IMG/VR virus record: IMGVR_UViG_3300033068_001989
Coordinates: 143,752 to 207,751 of that record
DNA length: 64,000 bases
Strand: one strand, 5' to 3'
Source of the DNA: a virus
Taxonomy: Duplodnaviria > Caudoviricetes
Made by a program: the position numbers and the translations under genes. Positions 58,497-64,000 of the stretch are shown here, in pieces. Below the pieces are notes generated by a model. It was not told the origin of the DNA, did no database searches, and saw nothing but the letters and a program-made list of their open reading frames with translations. Positions within the stretch are counted from its first letter, which is position 1. Every line of letters starts with the position of its first letter.

Positions 58497-58780
58497 CTTA
58501 TTTTAATCGTATCGAACAAAACGATAGAATCAGTTTCACTGGTTATTTTATTAATTTCATTCATATCTATTGCCCAGGTATTCTGTAATTTTGAAAAATC
58601 ACATCCCCCAAATTTTTCAATAAATAAACCGGATATAATATATTTCGGCTCTGCATTATCGGCATCAATATATTTTAATATTGTATAGACCTCACCATCG
58701 TCCATATAATTTTTTATATAATCCAATATGTTTCCAAATTTATAATGGTCATAATAAACAAATTTATATTCCTCCATCAT
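58493..58780 (-). CDS. paralogue family member
   Basis: YKFVY..MDDGEVY. Confidence 0.7.
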   Translation of the reverse strand: MMEEYKFVYYDHYKFGNILDYIKNYMDDGEVYTILKYIDADNAEPKYIISGLFIEKFGGCDFSKLQNTWAIDMNEINKITSETDSIVLFDTIKIR

Positions 58781-58781
58781 C

Positions 58782-59132
58782 TTATCTGATATTAATCCAG
58801 GTTATAAAAGCCTCCTTTATTATAGTATTAACTAGATCTATATAAAAATCCCTACCCCTCACGGTGCTTACACATATTTTACTATCCCCCTCAACCCCTG
58901 GTATTGGGGTAAAGGTCCCATCGTTTCCTATAATGTTCCATCCTGGATCTATTATAAAGCAGCCACTTATAGAAAACTCATATATGTCAGGATTTGAATC
59001 TGTGTGTTCATTCAATTCTGTAAATTCTATGACATACTCCTCACCATCTATCATTTTATGCATATTCTGATCTAGCCTATCCTGGTATGTATGATGTTCG
59101 TAATAAATGAATTTCTTTGTCTCTTTCTTCAT
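58782..59132 (-). CDS. paralogue family member
   Basis: KKFIY..MIDGEEY..ITW. Confidence 0.7.
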   Translation of the reverse strand: MKKETKKFIYYEHHTYQDRLDQNMHKMIDGEEYVIEFTELNEHTDSNPDIYEFSISGCFIIDPGWNIIGNDGTFTPIPGVEGDSKICVSTVRGRDFYIDLVNTIIKEAFITWINIR

Positions 59133-59204
59133 AATACAAATTTATGAAATGCTATCGGAATAAAAAAATAAAGAACAAAAAAATAGACTCATTAGAGTCT
59201 ATTT

Positions 59205-59603
59205 TTATTTTGAATATATTATCTTACATGGAGATCCTCTATGTGTGGATTCCTCTACGTCATATTCTTTTGATAACTTGTCCCATACTATATTTGCTCC
59301 AGGACTTCTGGAGGTATTGCTTGACACAACGTCATTTCCCTCACTAAGAAGCTCATCTATGCACATTTTTATGAACTTGTACCCAATTCCTGGTTCAGAT
59401 TGTATGTATTTATATCTAGCGTAACTAACTATTGATGCCCTGTTATTTTCTATTGCAACCATCATTTCGCCAATCTCTCTACCGTTTAACATCCATCCAA
59501 AACTAACACCATATTTGGTTCCTTCTATTCTTTCTCTTTTTAGTGTCATTGAATCGGATTCATTCTCACTTAGAAATTCATATGCAGTTTTTATATTTTT
59601 CAT
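59205..59603 (-). CDS. hypothetical protein, GNAT-like
   Basis: PGIGYKF..SPGANIVWDKL; MKNIKTAYEFLSE N-terminus. Confidence 0.55.
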   Translation of the reverse strand: MKNIKTAYEFLSENESDSMTLKRERIEGTKYGVSFGWMLNGREIGEMMVAIENNRASIVSYARYKYIQSEPGIGYKFIKMCIDELLSEGNDVVSSNTSRSPGANIVWDKLSKEYDVEESTHRGSPCKIIYSK

Positions 59604-60358
59604 TATATCAATCCATTTTTTAATCCTCTACCCAATTTACTAAAATCCTTTATACCGGTCTTAAGAATTATTTTTTCCTTTATATCCTTATCGTGTATAA
59701 CGTGCAATTCTAATGGATTCTCCTTGAAGTATTCATATATCCAGTCCGAATCTTTGGAGTCGAATATTGAAATAAGGATATCCTTGTATTTTTCACCTAT
59801 TGTCAGCATGTGATTATTTTTTCCAACCGAGTTACCAACTTTCGAATTAAATAATTCTAACACGTTTACTAGATTGCTATCTCGATCACCTCGGAGGTAA
59901 TTCATTATTAGCCATGCTATGTTATTAGTATCCCCATAAATTTCAGTGTATTCATCCGCAGCTGCCTCGTCTTCAAATGCATCTAGAAATTCTGGGAAAT
60001 CCATACCATTTTCTATTACTCTTCCTTGCACGAACATTTTATCTAAACCTGCACCATTTGAAATCTCGTCGATATTATCGTGTATCCATTCTCCAAATTT
60101 TAAGAATCCTTCTATATTTGGCGTTTCTATATCTGGTGAAAGTGTATATAGTGAATCAAATCCTAGATATTGCGGGAGAAGATCCTCTAAAAATTTTGTT
60201 GTTATAGTTTTTGAAGAATCACCCGAAACCAAGAATCTAGCAAGTCTGGTCCCGTCTATTCTTGAATCATTAAAGAAAACAACGAAAGACCAATAATTGG
60301 ATGGTGTCAATTGAACAGAACTTTCAAATAACTGGTAAAAAGTTTTGATATTTTTCAT
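59603..60358 (-). CDS. hypothetical protein
   Basis: MKNIKTFYQLFE N-terminus; GATATATA upstream. Confidence 0.72.
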   Translation of the reverse strand: MKNIKTFYQLFESSVQLTPSNYWSFVVFFNDSRIDGTRLARFLVSGDSSKTITTKFLEDLLPQYLGFDSLYTLSPDIETPNIEGFLKFGEWIHDNIDEISNGAGLDKMFVQGRVIENGMDFPEFLDAFEDEAAADEYTEIYGDTNNIAWLIMNYLRGDRDSNLVNVLELFNSKVGNSVGKNNHMLTIGEKYKDILISIFDSKDSDWIYEYFKENPLELHVIHDKDIKEKIILKTGIKDFSKLGRGLKNGLI

Positions 60359-60406
60359 ATAACTATATATCGGAAACATAACATTATAATTTTATATAAT
60401 AGCAAT

Positions 60407-61162
60407 ATGGAAAAGATATACACACAGAAGGAGATAGATCAATTGGAAGCATCCAATGACCCAAAAATGGTGGGCCTTCTCCATAGGAATCGTCCTGGTA
60501 TAAGAAGATCCGGTATCAATATGAGGATTACTGATCTGGAAATGGTTAAGTTATATGAATATGATAGAAATCCTGTTAGCTTTATAAATGATTATGGATT
60601 GGTTTTTCCATCTGGTAACAAATCGAAGCCAATATTAAATTCCGAACAGGAGAGAATTCTACTAGATCATGAAGTAAAAAGATTTTACCCTGTATCGTTA
60701 CCGAGACAATTAGGTCTAAGTTCATCCATACAATTTATGGCTCTTCATGATGTTATATTTAAAGGAAGAGATGTTGTAATATCTTGCGAATCCATGGAAA
60801 GATCGGCTCACCTAATAAAGATGATAATGGGAATGTATGCAGAAATACCTTTCTATATTAAACCTGGAGTGGATAGCATGGAAGATGTTAGTGTGAGGTT
60901 TGAAAATGGTGGGAAATTAACAGCTTGGCCTCAGTGTAGACCATTCGGTAGAAATATAGATGTGCTTCTTGTTGATAATTTTCAGTATCTGAGAAGAGAA
61001 AGTCGAGAATACGTTTTGCATAATTGGCTTCCTGTAATGATGAGTAGTACTTCAACTAGGGTTTTTATAGGAACCAGCGGGGAGATTCCTAACGAGTTAA
61101 AAGGAATGAAGGATTTTGCTATATTTATGTCCGATGCTATTGATTGGCTCAAGGTAAAATAG
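60407..61162 (+). CDS. degenerate terminase large-subunit ATPase-like protein (no nuclease domain)
   Basis: NPVSFINDY, LPRQLGLSS, MYAEIPFYIKPGV, VRFENG, GRNIDVLLVDNF parallel the T4 gp17 ATPase domain. Confidence 0.62.
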   Translation: MEKIYTQKEIDQLEASNDPKMVGLLHRNRPGIRRSGINMRITDLEMVKLYEYDRNPVSFINDYGLVFPSGNKSKPILNSEQERILLDHEVKRFYPVSLPRQLGLSSSIQFMALHDVIFKGRDVVISCESMERSAHLIKMIMGMYAEIPFYIKPGVDSMEDVSVRFENGGKLTAWPQCRPFGRNIDVLLVDNFQYLRRESREYVLHNWLPVMMSSTSTRVFIGTSGEIPNELKGMKDFAIFMSDAIDWLKVK

Positions 61163-61481
61163 ATATCCATTTTTTTGCTCCGCCTATTAATTCTATCATT
61201 TCCTTGTGCTTTATATCACAAGCCCAGCCCTGGAACTCCATATCTATTGATGTCCATCTATCCTTTCCCATAAATACCCCATATATCAGAAAATATGTAT
61301 CACTTCCGAAGGAAACCGAGTATGAATTCTCATGAATAAATCTAATCGGTCCGCTTCCTAGTATTTCCCAGGTATCAAATTGGTCAAATCTTTCATCATA
61401 TATGAATGTCATCATCTTATTCTGTTCCACCTTAGATCTAGTAGCTTGATGATATCCCAATTCTTTCCTGATATTGCCCAT
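61149..61481 (-). CDS. paralogue family member (true start probably ~61428)
   Basis: MTFIY..FIHENSY..YGVF..KKW. Confidence 0.6.
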   Translation of the reverse strand: MGNIRKELGYHQATRSKVEQNKMMTFIYDERFDQFDTWEILGSGPIRFIHENSYSVSFGSDTYFLIYGVFMGKDRWTSIDMEFQGWACDIKHKEMIELIGGAKKWISILP

Positions 61482-61735
61482 CCGTGATCAAATGTTGATT
61501 CATGGACAGTCAATGCACTTCCGTTACTCATAAGAAACGTTCCATACATTTCCACTATCATCAGAGGTTCTCCTGTGTCTTTATGTTTGGTCCAACGTGT
61601 TTTTGCTGCATATTTAAAGTCCGGTATAAAATAATCAGATACTTCTCCTATAACATCGCCACCCAACCCATATTCTTTCATGATTGGATCGTATATGAAT
61701 TCAACTCTTTCCTCTTTTATAATATCTTCTCCCAT
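61412..61735 (-). CDS. paralogue family member
   Basis: VEFIY..FIPDFKY..YGTF..LRW. Confidence 0.65.
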   Translation of the reverse strand: MGEDIIKEERVEFIYDPIMKEYGLGGDVIGEVSDYFIPDFKYAAKTRWTKHKDTGEPLMIVEMYGTFLMSNGSALTVHESTFDHGWAISGKNWDIIKLLDLRWNRIR

Positions 61736-61965
61736 CTCACTAAAAATTTTCTAAGCTCTTCTATATCCGGTTTAATCAGTGATAATCTTTGGTCCACCGG
61801 AAAATGTGCATGAATATCATCAAATAGTGCAAATTTACCAATAACGTGGCCAGTATCATCAATCTCATACTCTTCCCCGTCTATATAACGGAAGAGATAC
61901 ATTTCGTTCCTCTGTGGCATTCCTTTCGTCCAGGTGAATTTAAAACCTACTTTATCTTCTCCCAT
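61717..61965 (-). CDS. paralogue family member
   Basis: FKFTW..YIDGEEY..IGKF..VRWEKI. Confidence 0.68.
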   Translation of the reverse strand: MGEDKVGFKFTWTKGMPQRNEMYLFRYIDGEEYEIDDTGHVIGKFALFDDIHAHFPVDQRLSLIKPDIEELRKFLVRWEKIL

Positions 61966-62300
61966 TCAACAATGCTCTTTTTAATTATATCAACCAGATC
62001 TCTACCACTATCATCATGTCTATCCATCGATGTACCATATCTTGAATCCACTCTGGTGGTTTCCCCGGTTGTCCTGTTCGCACTAATATATGAATTCCCT
62101 GTGATCGCTATTCTCGATTTTTTAATCAATCGACCATCAGCATCTATTCTATATTCACCGGTGGGAACCGGCATTTCCAGCTTCTTCATCTCCTCATACT
62201 TCACCACATATTCCTCCCCCTCCACAAGGAAGTTTCCAAGTGGCTGATTGATGTCCATTAGGTTGCTATATACAAATTTGATTGTTCGATAATCTGGCAT
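61947..62300 (-). CDS. paralogue family member
   Basis: IKFVY..LVEGEEY..VEWEKI. Confidence 0.7.
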   Translation of the reverse strand: MPDYRTIKFVYSNLMDINQPLGNFLVEGEEYVVKYEEMKKLEMPVPTGEYRIDADGRLIKKSRIAITGNSYISANRTTGETTRVDSRYGTSMDRHDDSGRDLVDIIKKSIVEWEKIK

Positions 62301-62400
62301 GTGTTTCGTGCATCTTCATTAGAATGCAAATATATTAAAAACCCTCGGGAAGATTCAGATAAACAAAAAAAAAGTTCATCTTGTTGATGAACTTTTTTAT

Positions 62401-62511
62401 TTAGGATTTTAACTTGGAGAGTAGCACCTCATTGGCTTTGATTACTCTTGCTCTCTTTACCTGGTTACCTCTGTTGGCTTTTTGTTTGCCAACTGTTTTT
62501 GCTTTTGACAT
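62401..62511 (-). CDS. 36-aa very basic protein (not in ORF track)
   Basis: MSKAKTVGKQKANRGNQVKRARVIKANEVLLSKLKS*; late-type motif upstream, terminator at 62365-62398. Confidence 0.65.
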   Translation of the reverse strand: MSKAKTVGKQKANRGNQVKRARVIKANEVLLSKLKS

Positions 62512-62697
62512 CGTTTGTTTGTTTTTTTATATATCGCCCACGTCTCATTGAAAACGTAAGAGTTTTCGTATGTTGCTCGTGTGCTTCCATTGCATCCAAG
62601 GAGAAGGCGCATCGAGCCACTTTTTCATCGCTTTTCTTGGGCCCGGGGCCATGGGCTGGGATTTATAGAACTCCTTCAGAAATCCGGGTCCCTGTGA

Positions 62698-63015
62698 TTA
62701 CACCTTGAGATCCGCTGCTGTTATAGAAGAGGCAGGGATGATATCGGGATGAAGATCCATGACAGCATATCTGATAGGTCTCTCACAATCATCACCGTTA
62801 ACAAAGAGTATCTTCTTGGCATCTGATGCCACAGCATCCTTGATGTCATTGAGGTTGCAAGATGACATATCCACTATGGCCAACTCTCCGGTCTCCTCCA
62901 TGCCATCTATAATGGATTGGATCTCAGGAAGAAAGGGCTCTGTGCCTTCCACGATGATCAATCTTGTAGCTTCTTCAAAGTAAAAGAACTCGTTGATGTC
63001 TTTTAAATGTTTCAT
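62698..63015 (-). CDS. hypothetical protein
   Basis: MKHLKDINEF N-terminus; GATATATA upstream. Confidence 0.7.
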   Translation of the reverse strand: MKHLKDINEFFYFEEATRLIIVEGTEPFLPEIQSIIDGMEETGELAIVDMSSCNLNDIKDAVASDAKKILFVNGDDCERPIRYAVMDLHPDIIPASSITAADLKV

Positions 63016-63121
63016 AATTTCATTTTTGTTTTCCTTATATATCCAAGACATCTCAGCCCCTATTCAGACGGAACAATCATAGGTACACATTATATAAAGA
63101 TGTGAATGAATCCAAATCAAA

Positions 63122-63373
63122 ATGGGAAAGACAAAGAGAAGAGTACATATAGAAGAGCAGGAGTGGAACTGGTGGGTGTCTTATGGGAGATACAGAGAAC
63201 CACATAGAGTGACTATAGGCTCACCCGACAAAAAATACTACATGCACTCTCCCGAAGAGATATTAGGCAAGCCATGCTTCTATTATGGCGAGCATGGATA
63301 CAGTTCTCCTATAAGAATAACACCATCCGCAATCAAAGCATTCATAGAAAGAACCATATTGAAATTGTCATAG
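63122..63373 (+). CDS. hypothetical protein
   Basis: 83-aa ORF after a GGAAC-type promoter motif. Confidence 0.7.
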   Translation: MGKTKRRVHIEEQEWNWWVSYGRYREPHRVTIGSPDKKYYMHSPEEILGKPCFYYGEHGYSSPIRITPSAIKAFIERTILKLS

Positions 63374-63378
63374 ACAAC

Positions 63379-63493
63379 CATGTCATACTAGTTAACAGAA
63401 TCCCAATTAGACATCCAGACATACTAGTTAGCCGAATCCCGCCATGTCATACTAGCTAGCATGATACAACTAGTTAGCCGAATCCCAATTAGA
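63379..63493. repeat. direct-repeat cluster
   Basis: actagtta(a/g)c(a/c)gaatccc three times; catgtcatactag twice. Confidence 0.75.
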
Positions 63494-64000
63494 AACGCTT
63501 AAGCGGTCCCACGGTCTTCTACACAAGCCACACGCGAGGCCCCCTTAAATTGGCCCTTCAAATAAGGGTCCCCTAACTGTGATAACCCCTCCTTTTAGAA
63601 AATTAGGGGTCCCTTCTAAGCGGTTTCCACCCCCTCATATACACCATATACGAGGGGGCTTCATAGCCCTATTAGGGGACCCTGATTTTACCCCCCTCCA
63701 ATATTATGGAGGGGGACTAGATTCTCCCGGTGTTCCAAAGGAAAGCAAAACAAAAATTTTTGGAATAGGAAAGGGAATTCACCTCGGGCAGGATCCCATG
63801 CAAAGCAAAGGCATTGGAATTCCTTTGCCTTTATCACCTCGGGTGGGATCCCTCATTAAATCAAGGATGTGATAATCCCAGCCACCGTGGCCAGCGGTGG
63901 GTTCATAGGCAATAATAGATATTTGGGGTCACCCCACAAAAAGGGCCCAGGTTTCCCTGAGCCTCTTTTCGAGCTGTTCTTAGTGTAATTAAAACATGCT

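Noticed and set aside
62535-62697. Coding-like minus-strand stretch (..DFLKEFYKSQPMAPGPRK..)
   Set aside because: No convincing start; possibly a gene remnant, too weak to call.
63579-63872. 97-aa plus-strand ORF
   Set aside because: Pro/Gly-rich product arises from G/C runs, with atypical codon usage and no initiation context.
1-64000. Stop-codon reassignment (TAG or TGA recoding)
   Set aside because: Conserved genes are full length in the standard code, TAG and TGA end genes cleanly, and no CTA or TCA suppressor tRNA was found.

Overview
An AT-rich (~30% GC by eye) 64-kb segment of a large T4-like (jumbo) dsDNA phage. The host is probably a Bacteroidota species, because about 13 promoters carry the TAnnTTTG -7 element. 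Genes are almost all on the minus strand and use the standard code. Left to right: (1) a recombination/replication block (gp46/gp47 Rad50-Mre11, gp41 helicase, UvsX); (2) putative head-internal proteins; (3) an 11.8-kb glycan cluster (gmd, fcl, GT2s, GT6, GT7, GT11, methyltransferase, HAD-nucleotidyltransferase); (4) a ClpC-like ATPase, collagen-like fibre genes and a Tlde1-like protein; (5) an ~18-kb RNA region (31.5-49.4 kb) with 31 tRNAs covering all 20 amino acids, two GIY-YIG homing endonucleases, a Ro60/TROVE gene and many structured non-tRNA elements; (6) accessory genes, a sigma-70 factor, a degenerate terminase-like gene, a seven-member paralogue family and a repeat-rich non-coding end. 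The most striking feature is a candidate translation-stress/RNA-repair system in the tRNA region. It includes six Y-RNA-like RNAs, which share one conserved bulged stem grafted onto tRNA bodies in three different topologies; four of them lie upstream of the TROVE gene. It also includes a ~380-nt structured RNA with hexamer repeats, two leader-peptide attenuators placed to gate the tRNA operons, and three 8-codon amber-terminated uORFs in front of small basic proteins. All calls come from manual reading; no searches or folding programs were run.
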